A stretch of 64,000 nt of DNA. Source: Octopus sinensis. Its lineage: Eukaryota. The stretch lies in NCBI RefSeq assembly GCF_006345805.1, contig NC_042998.1:128836001-128900000 (forward strand), read 5' to 3'. The notes under the pieces were generated by a model. The model did not search any database. It was given only the letters and a program-made list of their open reading frames with translations, and was not told where the DNA came from. The translations under genes and the position numbers were made by a program. Below, piece by piece: positions 39,914 through 53,339 of the stretch (positions are counted from its first letter, which is position 1; every line of letters begins with the position of its first letter).

Positions 39914-40464
39914 TCCTTGATGCAGAACCAGGCAGTGGCTCTCATGGCTTCTCATCTGAACTGATTGGAACTGTTATCAGGTACTTTGTTTTGTCATGGT
40001 ATAAAAGATGGGCTACAGCAAATATTCTGCTCAGTACCACAAATTTGCTTGTCAGTTGTTTGACCTTAACCAGTTGACCATGTCCCTCAGTGGCTGACAA
40101 TATCTGCATCTCTGATCATGAGTAGTAGTTGGGGAGCGTCATAGCCATGTGTTGAGAGGAATTCTTTGGAGTTTGGATAATTCACCTCTGAAATCATGGG
40201 TGTTTTGTCCAGCATCCATAAACAATCCTTATTCAGGGACCTTTTGAGCAGGATGGGCTACTCAATGTGAAGAAAATTCTGACTGGGCCTCCCCTGCAAG
40301 GTCATGCACTGTTTATCTTGATATGAGATCACTATGTTGTGCACACATGGTTGTAATGCATGTACTTCTTGTACCCTTATCTGATGGGTTGTCATGATGG
40401 GTATACTAAGGTTCGTATATTTTATCCTGGTGTCACTTTGATGGCATGCACTGCTCTCTCACTC

Positions 40465-40497
<33 letters not shown>

Positions 40498-41487
40498 CCT
40501 TTCTACTATAGGCACAAGGCCTAAAATTTTGGGTTAGGGGATAGTTGATTATATTGACCCCAGTAATCAACTAGTACTTATTTCATCGACTGCGAAAGAA
40601 GGAAAGGCAAAGTCAACCTCCTTTGTGGAATTTTAACTCAGAATGTCAAGGCAGACGAAATGCTGCTGAGCATTTTGCCTGGTGTGTGAATGATTCTGTC
40701 AGCTTTGCCGTCTTCTTCTTCTTATTATTAATAATAATAATAATAATAATAATAATCATAATCATAATAATGCTCTCTTATTTTGCCACAAAATATTTCA
40801 AGGAGTATAGTAATTTAAATGATTAACAATACTTGACTGTTACTTCCGTTATTGATGCCAGAAAGTTGAAGGCAAAGTTGCTCTCAGCAGGATTTGAACT
40901 CTGACTGTGAAGAGACATAAATAAAATAAATGCCGTTGACCCCACTTTATTATTTGTTATTATGTGCTGACTTAGTCTATGCACTTTAAAAACATTGTTG
41001 TTTTATTTTTAATTTTAATCTCTTCTCTTTCCTGTGCTTACTTGTCCCCTTCACCCTCATTCTTACCTCATACTTCCCTTATGTTTTTCTTGCCTCTGGT
41101 AAAACAATTTAAGAAAAATAAAATAACACAAAAGTAAAAAAAAAAATACATATATGGCAGCAGTAATTTCATCTTCATCATAATCAGCAACATTTTTGAC
41201 ACAAAAATAAAACAGTTATATCTAGTAATGTAATAACGATAGTAACAGCAATTTCATAATTGTTACCACCACCACCACCATGACGATCATCTCCACCAGT
41301 AGCAATAATAAGTGCAATTCTATCTTTTTACATAGATAATTTGTGACCTCATCTCACCTTGTCTAAAATTGGACATGTCTGTTTTAGTTCTTAGTACCAC
41401 TTCCAAATAATATTCTCAGACATGTGAGCAGTTTTAATATGATGGCATAGAAAAAAAATAAACAAACAAAACTTCCTCTCATTCTCT

Positions 41488-41533
<46 letters not shown>

Positions 41534-41847
41534 TATTCTGTCAAGTCTTTTTTTACTTCTATCCCTTCCACTACTCTTCAGAAAATACATCTGGATTGAG
41601 GAAGCAATTGTTTATTATTTGGCATTGTTTATTCTTTGGTTACTTTAAATAACTGTAATGTTTATATATATATGTGTGTGTGTGTGTATGTGTGTATAAG
41701 TGGTTGGCATTAAGAAGGGTATCCAGCTGTAAAAAGCATGTCAAACGGTGGAGCCTGGTGCAGTCCTCTGGCTTGCTAGCTCCAGTCAAGCCATCCAACC
41801 CTTGCCAGCATGGAAAATGGACATTAAATGATGAGGAGGATATATAT

Positions 41848-42734
41848 ATCATCATCATTTAATGTCTGCTGTCTATACTGACGTGGGTTGGACAGTTTGA
41901 CAAGGGCTAGCAAGCTGGAAGGCTGCAGCAGACTCCAGTCTGATTTGGTATGGTTTCTAAGGCTGGATGCTCTTCCTAATGCCAACCATTCTGAGAGTGT
42001 AATGGGTGCTTTTCTGTGCTGCTGGCACAGGTGCCATTTGCATGACACCAGTACCTGCCACGACTGTAATTTTACTTGGCTTGATGGGTCTTCTTCTCAA
42101 GCATGACATAATGCCAAAGGTCTTGCTCATTGTCTCTGTGAGGCCCAACACTTGAAAGGAGCTTTTCACATGCCACCAGCATCAGCCACTTTGCCTCTGT
42201 GGGGCCCAATGCTCAAACAGATGCTTTTTACGTGACATGACTATGATTTCATTTGGATTGATGGGTCTTCTCAAGCATAGCATATCACCAAAAGTCTTGG
42301 TCACTAGTCATTGCCTCTGTGAGGCCTAAAGTTCGAAGACCTTGCTTCACCACCTTGTCCCATGTCTTCCTGGGTCTACCTCTACCACAGGTTCCTCCAC
42401 AGTTAGAGACTGGCACTTCTTTACACAGCTGTCCTCGACCATACACATCACATGACCATATCAGTGCAGTTGTCTCTCTTGCACACTACATCTGATACTC
42501 AACTTTTCTCTAGCGAAGTATACTGGCTTCATTTCTTTCAAGCCTATGCATATCCTTGGCTGTCATAGCCCATGTTTCACTGCCTTGTAGCATAGCTGTT
42601 CACACACAGGCATTGTACAATCTGCCTTTCATTCTGCGGGAGAGACCCTTTGTTGCTAGCAGAGGTAGGAGCTCTGTGAACTTTGCCCAGCCTAATCTTA
42701 TTCTCACAGCTATGGTCTTGGAGCATCCACTTCC
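41848..42734 (-). mobile_element. 5'-truncated RTE-type LINE
   Basis: Translates GSGCSKTIAVRIRLGWAKFTELLPLLATKGLSRRMKGRLYNACV. (GAT)n tail abuts an opposite tail element at 41695-41840. Confidence 0.8.
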
Positions 42735-42759
42735 ATATATATATATATATATGTTCTTT

Positions 42760-43180
42760 TTTTTTTTACTTGTTTCAGTCATTTTACTGTGGCCATGCTG
42801 GAGCACTACCTTTAGTTGAACCAGTTGACCCTAAAACTTATTCTTTGTAAGCCTAGTACGTATTCTATCTGTCTCTTTTGCTGAACTGCTAAGTTACAGG
42901 GATGCAAACACACCAACATTGGCCATCAAGTGGTGGTTGACAGACAGATACAGACACAAATACACACACACACACACACGCACATGCACACACACACACA
43001 CACACGCACACACACACACAATGAGCTTCTTTCAGAGTCCGCCTACCAAATACGATAACAAGGCATTGGTTGGCCTGAGGCTATAATAGAAGACACTTGC
43101 CCAACGTGTCATGCTGTGGGACTGAACCTGAAACCATGTGACTGGGAAGCAAGCTTCTTACTACACAGCCACGCTGCACC
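42760..43180 (-). mobile_element. SINE family A
   Basis: Homologous to 5787-6140. Confidence 0.75.
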
Positions 43181-46100
43181 ATGCTGTGCCCATATATATA
43201 TATATTATATATATGTATACAGTAAGAGGTGGTTAAAAAATGTCATTAGGAGGTGCATCTGACTACAAAAGCACTCTCAAAAAGTACCATCTAACTCATG
43301 CCAGCATAGGAGAGTGTATATAAAAATGATGACAATTTGTATGAAATTAGGTGCATCTTGCCTGCCTCTGTTAAAATCTACAGGCATACAGATGAGCCAA
43401 AGATGGGTTCTAGCTTCAGTGTCCAACCTGCCAGAAATACCACAGAAATAACTTTATCATTTAATATCAGGCCAGGTACATTGAATCATGTATTCTAGAT
43501 ATGTGTCTTGCAGAAAATAAACCTCTTTAATTGTAAACCTCCATGATCAGGGCTGACCTGATCAAGGAAAACAACAATGGGCTTACAAAAATGACGGGTT
43601 TGTGGAATATGTCTACACTGCACTAGAACTTTATATGATTAACCACTGCATGTCAATATATGTACTGTGATGTTCTTGCTGACAGAGATATTGCATATAT
43701 AGAGCATGGCTCTGTGGTTAGAGCGTTGGGCTCAAAATCATGAGGCAGTGAATTTGATTCCTGGACTGGTTGATGTGTTCTTTATTTCACATTGTTCATT
43801 CATCTGTAGAAATGAGTTGTTGCCAAGCTGTATTGGCCTTTGCCTTTCCCTTGGATAACATTGGTGATGTGGAGAAGGGAGGCTAGTATGCATGGGTGTC
43901 TGCTGGTCTTCTATAAACAACCTTCTATAAATGATCAGACTCATGCCTCAGATGGTAACTTTCTAGTTGCAATCTCATGGTTATTTATGACTGAAGGGTG
44001 TTTTTTAGAGCTCATATATAGAGCTGTGCATCTGTGAATTGTAGTTATTTGTTTGAATTGCCATAGAGTTTTTTTTATCATCTATGAGACTGCACATTTA
44101 TATAGATAACATGTATATGTATTCACTGAAGGGATGTGGTCCAGTGGTTAGGTTGTTGGACTCATGAGCATAAGCTTGTGGGTTTAGTTCATTGATGAGA
44201 TAGCACATTGTGTCCTTGAGCTTTGCACTACATTTCATGTTGCTCCTGTCTGCTCAGCTGAAAGTAAATATCAGCTTGGTGATGGTGCAACCATTTCTCC
44301 CTCCTGCTGACACTTCTTCAATGTTCCGTTAAGAGATGGGTGGGAAGTGGGGCAAGAGGTTGTTTATGTCTGCTTATAATTACAAAATTACCTGAAACAA
44401 TTAGCAAAAACATACTACCAGTTCATACTCTCTTGCAAGAAACTTCTGTGGACAAACACATGATATCAGAAAGAGAACCATCAGAAAGGGATCTAGTGTC
44501 ATGAAACCTGAGTTTGGGAAAAATCATACTAGGTAGACAAGAAATAAATATATCTTCTCCTTTTGGAAGTGGACCAGTATATCTTGGATGATCTGGTACT
44601 CATTCCTCCATGGCTAGCAGAAATGAATTTATGCAGAATTCATTGTGTTGCTCAACCCTTTGACATTCAGATTACTATATCAAAAGTAATGCTTATTTAT
44701 TCACATTGTCTTCAATTAATCATGCATTATCATGTTGCTTTGCGGTTTTGATGATACAATTGTTTGTTTTTAGAATGATATTTTTTTAAGAAGCCTGATA
44801 TAGTTTTGGGGCCTAAAGGGTTAATAGTGAAATGCATTTAAAATCAAGTACTAGAAAATGATAATTCAGCACTATTACAGATGGCTGTGTGGCAAAAAGT
44901 TTGCAGCACATCTGTTTTCTGTTTGATCTCAATGCATGGCATGTTGAGTGAATGCCATTCTCAGGGTACCTCATCATGCTGCATTTTCAGGTCAACCTGA
45001 ATCTTGAGAGAAAAATTCAGCAAATGGAAGAGCCTGATGGTGGAATTAAATCACCCCGCACTGGTCCTTGAGTTCCATTAGCAGAATCCACTCTGTTGTA
45101 TGCATTCAGATCAGCTCTCTGATCAGAGGATTACTTCTCTTTCTTCATGGTAGTCTCACAGACCCTGAAAAGGTCATAGTTGTTGTCCTTTCTCGTCTGG
45201 CTCAGCTATACAAAAGTGTTTTCACACATTCATACACATAATTTATTATATGTATATTTCTTACATATTCACTCGTATGAAAATAGCAGAAATGGGATGT
45301 TGAAATATTCATATCTTTTCAAAGAGCATTAACAGTTTTTGTGAAAGGAAGTAATTCTAAATGGGAATCGGATCCGTGCCAAAGAAGTCATTACTGGTGG
45401 ATATAATGCTGCCTGCTCTCATTTACAGAACCTACCACCTTCATTCTGTTTGATAGTGAGGTTTAGTAATGCACTATTAGGTTTACTACTTGAAGGATGT
45501 TTGGTCAATGTTCACTGGACAAATTGTACTTATCACTCATGTTTACATGAGTGTTGAGACAAATTTAAACCATTTCCAGTCTGACTCAGTTTCTGAGCCA
45601 AGACAACTTCAGAGTTTCCCTTTTGAGGTCAATTAAATAAGTACCAGTTGAGAACTAGAGTCAATGTAATCATCTAGTCCGTTCTTCCAAAATTTCAGCC
45701 CTTGTGCCTATAACAGAAAGGAATATTTCTACATGTAAGACATCAAACTGGCAGCATCATTAGAGTCTTGGAAAAATTACTTCTTAGTATATCTTTTGAC
45801 TCTTTATGTTGTGAGTTCAAGTTCTATTGAAGTCAAATCCTACTGTTCTGAGTTCAAATCCTACTGAAAAAGAACACATTGGATAATGTAGTTTGATGTA
45901 GACTTATATTTAGAAAACAGGATGGTTAAGGTTTGAATATTTTTGATGTTTACTCAGTCAGGGCTGTACAACAACCTGGGGTCTCCCTCTGACCATCAGC
46001 AGTATTGGTATTTTAAAACTTCAATAAATCTTGATCTTGAGATAGAAAGTTACAATTCAAAAACTGAAATAATGAATACGTTTATTTTTCTGTCTCTCAA

Positions 46101-47901
46101 TGTGGTGGCATTCCCCACTCTTATTATTCAGTAACAATAATTTAAGTAAATAAGAGAGCACGATGAAGTCAAATCATAAAAGGGAGCAGTTGTCTCCCTT
46201 GAAGCTTGCTGGGTTGGTTTTGATTGAGTTATTTCATGGCAATGTATAGTGTCATTACAACTGTTTCATTGACTTCCCTAAACCTAGACTATCCAAAATG
46301 ATTCTGCATTTATCAAGGTCCACCCAAAGTACACACTATAAAAAGAAAAATCTCTGTCTTCTACTACAGCCATGGGGCGACCAAAGCACTGTGAGTGAAT
46401 TTAGTAGATGGAATCTAAAAAAAGACCATTGTGTGTATATATATATATATATATATGATCTGAGTGTATGTGTTTTTTTGTGTCTGTGTTTGTCCCTGCA
46501 CCACCACTTTGCAACTGGTATTGGTGTGTTTATGTCCCCATAACTTAGCGATTTGGCAAAAGAGACTAGTAGAATAAATACCAGATTTAACAAAAAAATA
46601 AGTACTGGGATTAGTTCATACAACTAAAAATTCTTGAAGATGGTGCCCCAGGATGGCCACAGTCTAATGACTAAAATTTGTGAAAGAATAAAAAATATCT
46701 GTCCTATATCTTTTAGCTGTTGTGTATGTTCCTAACAGCACCAAAACAAATTCTTTTTCAGTAGAAATGTCTGTTAACATAACTTGCTGTTATTGGAACC
46801 GATTCTGTATATACTAACACCTAACATAACATTCACTTGCAAGAGGTATTTTTAAATTAATCCTGAAGTCTTAAAATATAAAGTAACCTTTTACATAAAG
46901 TAAGCTATCTACATTTGTATACCGCATATGTTCAACACATACACACACATGTACCATATATGATTTCCCTGTTTAATAACTTTTGCAGGAAATATATTGC
47001 TGTTATTATCGTTGCAAAGCAAGTGGATTGGTAGAATTATAAGAATTAAACTAAACATTCTGCATTCAAATTTTGCCTAGTTTTGCTTTTATCAATCATC
47101 TTTTCATGGAAGACAAAATAAAGTACCAGTGACGAACTGGTGTCCATATAATTGAATATACTCCTCCCTTGAATTTCAGACCTTGTTTCTATGTTAGAAA
47201 TATTTAAGGTTATTGGTTTGGCAGAATCTTCAGAGCATTTGTGATAATGCCTTGCATTATATATTCTGGTTATATTCTGAGTTTCAAATCCTACCAGGGT
47301 TGACTTTGCCTTTTATCCTTGTGAGGTCAATAGAATAAGTACTAGTTGAACACTGGCATTGATGTAATCAACTTAGCCTCTCCCCTCAAATTGATGGCCA
47401 TGTGGCAAAGTTTGAGACTGTTGTTGTTGTTGTTATTGATATCAGTAAAGTGATGAGCTGACAGAATTGTTAATACACCAGACAAAATGCTTTGTGACAT
47501 TTCATGTCTTTACATTTGAGTTCAAATTCTGCTGAGGTCAACTTTGCCTATCATCCCTTTCATGAGTGATAAATTAAGTACCAGTGAAACACTGGGGGTG
47601 ATGTAACCGACTGGTCTCCTCCCTACAAATTTCAAGCCCTGTGCCTATAGTAGAAAGGATTATTATTATTATTATTTCTGCACGTAAGGCAGTGGGCTGG
47701 CAGTATCATTAGCACACTGGACAAAATGCTTAATGGCATTTCATTTGTTTTAAGGTTCTGTGTTCAAATTCTGCTGAGGTCAACTTTGCCTTTCATGCTT
47801 TCAGGATCAATAAGATAGATACCAGTTGAACACTGGGGATGATGTAATCAATTCACTCCCTCTCCTGAAATTGCTGGTTTTGTGCCAAAATTTGAAACCA
47901 T

Positions 47902-48368
47902 TTTGGGCCTCACAGAGGCAAAGTGGCTGAGTTCCTTTCAAGCATTGGGCCTCATGGAGGCAAAGTGGCTGAGTTCCTTTCAGATTTGGGCCTCATGTAA
48001 GCAAAGTGGCTGAATTCCTTTTGAGTGTTGGGCCTCATGGAGGCAAAGTGGCTGAATTCCTTTCAGGTGTTGGGCTTCATGGAGACAAAATGGCTTAGTT
48101 CCTTAGTTCCTCAGGAAGGCAAATTGGTTGAATTCCTTTCAAGTATTGGCCCATGGAGGCAAAGTGGCTGAGTTCCTTTTGAGCGTTGGGCCTCATGAAG
48201 GCAAAGTGGCTGAGTTCTTTTCAAGCATTAGGCCTCATGGAGGCAAATGGCTGAGTTCTATTTGAGTGTTGGGCCTCACGGAGGCAAAGTGGCTGAGTTC
48301 CTTTTGAGTGTTGGGCCTCACGGAGGCAAAGTGGCTGAGTTCCTTTTGAGTGTTGGGCCTCACGGAGG
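47902..48368 (+). repeat. 41-42-bp minisatellite, ~11 units (ttgggcctcacggaggcaaagtggctgagttccttttgagtg) at the 5' end of an RTE 3' fragment (48360-48655)
   Basis: Direct reading. Period 42 in the last units (48271, 48313, 48355). Confidence 0.95.
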
Positions 48369-49154
48369 CAATGACCAAGACCTTTGACATTATGTTGTGC
48401 TTGAGAAGAAGACCCATTAAGCTGAGCAAAATCGCAATCGTGGCAGATACTGGTGTCATGCAAATGGCACCTATGCCAGTGGCATGTAAAAGCACTCCTT
48501 ACACTCTTGGAGTGGTTATCGTTAGGAAGGGCATCCAACTGTAGAAAACCATGCCAAATCACACTGGAGTCTGGTGCAGCCTTCCGGTTTACCAGCCTTG
48601 GTCAAACCATCCAACCCATGCCAGCATGGACAATGGACGTTAAATGATGATGAGGATGTTATTATTTCTACATGTATGACAGTGAGCAGGCTATATAGTT
48701 GGCACACTGGATAAAATGCTTAGCAGTTTTTGTCTGTTTTTTGGTTCTGTGTTCAAATTCTTCTGAGGCTAACTTCGTCTTCCATCCTTTTGACATCAAT
48801 TAAAAATAACTACCAGTTGATTACTGGGATCAATGTAATCAACTAGCCCCTTCCTCCCAAATTTCAGGCCTTCTATTTCGTAGTAGAAAAGATTATTTCT
48901 TCATGTAAGGCAGCAATTTAGCAGCATCATTATTCTTGGAAAAATTGCTTCTTAATATTTGCTTTGGCTCTCTATGTTCTGAGTTTGAATCCTACTAAAG
49001 TCAATCTTGCTTTTCATCCCCCCTACCCACCTGAAGTTGATAAGGTAAAGTACCAGTCACATACTGTGTTCAATGGCATTAACCAACCGTCTCCCTTCAA
49101 AACTGTTGACTGTGTGCCTAAACCAGAAGTCATAATTTTTTCTTCATGTTCATA

Positions 49155-49558
49155 GGTGCAGGAGTGACTGTGTGGTAAGTAGCTTGTTTACCAACCACAT
49201 GGTTCCGGGTTCAGTCCCACTGCGTGGCACCTTGGGCAAGTGTCATCTACTATAGCCTCGGGCTGACCAAAGCCTTGTGAGTGGGTTTGGTAGACGGAAA
49301 CTGAAAGAAGCCCATCGTATATATGTATATATATGCGTGTGTGTGTTTGTGTGTCTGTGTTTGTCCCCCTAGCATTGCTTGACAACCGATGCTGGTGTGT
49401 TTATGTCCCTGTTACTTAGCGGTTCGGCAAAAGAGACCGATAGAATAAGTACTGGGCTTACAAAAGAATAAGTCCCGGGATCAAGTTGCTCGATTAAAGG
49501 CGGTGCTCCAGCATGGCCGCAGTCAAATGACTGAAACAAGTAAAAGAGTAAAAGAGTA
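49155..49558 (+). mobile_element. SINE family A (young)
   Basis: Full length. Confidence 0.85.
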
Positions 49559-50157
49559 TATATACAATGTAGTTATTGTTGGTAAAATGGAAGAAATCTT
49601 TCTCTTCAGTAGGTTTTTAAGACTGCAATTAGAGTGTAGTTTTCTTAGAATATTATCAGTGTCAAGAAATATAGATATGATGCATGTCTATTTGTCTGTT
49701 AGAATGGAAGCATTTTAGGAACTCAGCCAAATGTTGTTATTACTCTTGTCTTTTTGTTTCCTTTCCTCATATTTTTTTAGATCCCTTATCTTAGTTCTGA
49801 ATACATATTAATTTGTTTGAATTTCCTGTTAGTTAAAAACTGTGGTCTGCAAACGTAATTAATGTTAATTAATGTTTTTTTTCTTCTTTTTTCTTAGTCA
49901 TCAACTGTAAGGAAAAAAAATATTTATGTAGATAGTTATCGCACCTTCTGAGTTATAAGATGTAGCCTATTTGGATGTTCAAGTGCCATAGAACCTTTGC
50001 TTGGTTTCTTTTCAAGTAGCAGTCAGATACTGGATTTGATGTAATCAGTTGTACCCTCTTCTAAATTAGGCTGTCTTGTGCCAAACTTAGAAATTATTAT
50101 TAGTAAGCTTGCAGAATCATTAATTCTTCTGTCGGAATGCTTAATGGTATTTCATCT

Positions 50158-50630
50158 GGCGGTGAGCTGGTAGAACCATTAGCACGCCGGGCGAAATGCG
50201 TAGCCGTATTTTGTCTGCCGTTATGGTCTGAGTTCAAATTCCGCCAAGGTTGACTTTGCCTTTCATCCTTTCGGGGTCAATTAAATAAGTACCAGTTACG
50301 CACTGGGGTTGATGTAATCGACTTAATTCATGTGTCTGTCCTTGTTTGTCTTCTCTGTGTTTAGCCCCTTGTGGGTAGTAAAGAAATAGGTATTTCATCT
50401 GGCGGTGAGCTGGAAGAATGGTTATCACGCCGGGCGAAACGCTTAGCAGTACTTTGTCTACTGTTACGTTCTGAGTTCAAATTCCGCCGAGGTCGACTTT
50501 GCCTTTCATCCTTTCGGGGTTGATTAAATAGGTACCAGTTACGCACTGGAGTCGATATAATCGACTTAATCCGTTTGTCTGTCCTTGTTTGTCCTCTCTG
50601 TGTTTAGCCCCTTGTGGGTAGTAATGAAAT
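50158..50630 (+). mobile_element. Tandem dimer of SINE family D inside an older D copy
   Basis: Two 243-bp-period units bounded by ggtatttcatctggc at 50146, 50389 and 50632. Confidence 0.85.
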
Positions 50631-50801
50631 AGGTATTTCATCTGGCTCATTACACTGTGTGTTCAAATTCTGCCTAAGTCAACTTTGTCTTTTATCCCTC
50701 TAGAGTCAATAAAATAAAGTACCAGTCAAATACTGGAGGTTAGTAGTATCAGCTAATTCCCCCACCATCAAAATTTCTAGCCTTATACCAAAATTTGAAA
50801 C

Positions 50802-50847
<46 letters not shown>

Positions 50848-51154
50848 TTTATTTTCATTAGCATCTTCTTTCAATTCTGTTTCTATTTCTTGCCAAGTGT
50901 CTTCCTGACACCTAAGGCTGAGAAATGTACTTTATTGCATTGGTAGGCCATTAAAACAAACACGCCAGATTGTTCATTTACAGAGTCATGTGATAAAGAA
51001 TAAGGGAAGATAGAGAGTAAAAGGAAAAAATAATAAAATAGAAATCATGTTGAGGTCAGTTTTGCCTTTCATCTCTCCTCAGTCAATAAAATGAAGTACA
51101 AGTCAAGAGCATCAAACTAATTGCATTGTGATATTTATTCCAACTTTTTAGGTT

Positions 51155-51545
51155 CTATTCTTTTATTCTTTTACTTGTTTCAGTCATCTGACTGTGGCCA
51201 TGCTGGAGTACCACCTTTAGTTGAACAATCGACCCTAGAACTTATTCTTTATAAACCTAGTACTTATTCTATCTGTCTCTTTTGCCGAACTGCTAAGTTA
51301 CAGGGGTGTAAACACATCAAGATAGGTTGTCAAGTGATGGTCGGGGGGGGGGGGCAAACACAGACACACAAACATAAACACACACACACATCCAACGGGC
51401 TTCTTTCAGTTTTCCACTAACAAGACTTTGGTTGGCCCTAGGCTATAGTCGAAGACACTTGCCCAATGTGCCATGCAGTGGGACTGAATCCGGAACCTTG
51501 CGGTTGGGAAGCAAGCTTCTCACAACACAGCCACTACTGCGCCTA
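51155..51545 (-). mobile_element. SINE family A
   Basis: Homologous to 5787-6140. Confidence 0.75.
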
Positions 51546-52253
51546 TAGTCACATCCTGCCAAGATCAACTTTATTGTTTGTCTTTCTGGGGTTGATAAAA
51601 TAAAGTACCAATTAAGAACTGTTAACCAAAAGTTTTTTAAGTAGTAAAATTGGCATCTCTGATAATATTATACTGCTCTAGTTAATTTGCTATTTAAGCA
51701 GTGAGTTTGTGGTTGGTTAATGGGTTGGATGTGATGCTAATAAAGGAACAAGAACTCCTGAAATATGGGCACATACGACCATCACCCATTTTCCATTTTC
51801 AATCACATTGTTTACATTAGGCATACTTAGATACGAAACATCACAATAAGTTGGTGTTGGCTATAATCTACTATAATAATACTCTTGTTTTTTTTCTCCG
51901 TCACAACATATGAATGAGAAAGGAAGGGGTGATGGCAGACTTGGTAGTGGGAGTGTTTCAACTCTGTGTGAGTATATGTGTATGTATGTAAAAAGGGAGT
52001 TATGTGAATATTTGTGTGTGTGTGTGCAGTGGAAGTGGGATGGTGGGCATTCAACGCTGAAAAGAAAAATTCAACACTGTGTAAGTATGTGTGCGCATGT
52101 ACTAGGGAAGTATGTGAATGTTTGTGTGTGAACCAGCATTCTTTCAGTAACAAACGATGATCGATCATTGACATCACTTCTCAAAAGACAACCACTAGAT
52201 AACATTGACAAGTGTATTAATTTGAATTACCATCCATATTCTATCTTTTGTCT

Positions 52254-52611
52254 TTATTACCTCTGCCTTGTATTGTTTTACATCACGTTTGTTTGTTTGT
52301 TTGTTTGTTTGTGTGTGGACAAGATATCTCAAGAACCACTGGATGGATTCGGATAAAACTTTCAGGGATGTTTGGCTTTGTGACTGATTAAATTTTGGGA
52401 TCGATCTGGTACCCGACAAAGATTCTGGATTATTTCTCCATTTTTTAAACTTTATTTTTGAGAGCGATCAGGTTCATTTTTAGTATGCTCGTTTGTGAGA
52501 GCAGTTGAGTTTATTTCAGATATTCTTATTTTAAAAGTCATCTCCGGCTAATCGCTAAGAGGATGCTGGTGTTGCTTTGGCAGAGGTTTGTGCTCTCTGA
52601 GTGCTCTTGTT
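52254..52611 (+). mobile_element. Non-autonomous Helentron/DINE-1-like element
   Basis: 5' ttattacctctgcc and 3' ggcagaggt subterminal inverted repeats, (GTTT)n after the 5' end, short 3' hairpin gtgctctctgagtgc, T-rich ends. Confidence 0.6.
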
Positions 52612-53034
52612 TGTATATAAAATACAACAATTAACTGTCATTTTTGATGGCATGGACCCAGCTAGTTTCTGTAGAAAATCTGTAGGGATAACCTTAACAA
52701 GTGATTTAATAGCACTGCTAACACAGTAGAACACAGCATCGACTTATAAAGCATTTAATATACTTTGTAGTATATTATGGTGGCATAACGAAATATAATG
52801 TCCCTACAAGTCATTAATTAATCACAATTTTCTGCCTTTGTTGCCTCTCTTAAGAAAGTATTCATTTTATCAAAAAAAAAAAAATGTGAGTAGATGGAGT
52901 GTGTGCAGTGGACTGGCAGAGTCAGTGGAGCATCAGTTAAAATGCCTTCCAGAATTCCTTCTTGCTTTCTGTCTTCTGAGTTCAAATATCATACCAAGAT
53001 CAGCTCTGCCTTTCATTCTTCTGGGGTCAATTAA

Positions 53035-53252
53035 CCCTTTCATTAGCAAATTTATTTTGAGATGCTCTGTGTTTCTTTCAATTAATTTTAAATATAACAA
53101 AGAATTTAATAAAATAATGTAGTTATCATTAAGCTATTGTTAGGAACATAAATCACAACTAAGGTTTGGAAGATTTTGATTCAAAACTTATGAAAAGAAG
53201 ACATTTGTACTATAGAACCAGAGGCGGTTTCAGCTGATTGGTATGGAAAGGG
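53035..53252. mobile_element. piggyBac-like MITE (family 1)
   Basis: TTAA|ccctttc ... gaaaggg|TTAA. Confidence 0.7.
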
Positions 53253-53339
53253 TTAACTAAAGTACCAGTCAACAATTGGGTCGATATAGCTGACTTATCT
53301 TTCCCCACTAAAAATCTGAGATTGGGTCCATCTTTTAGT

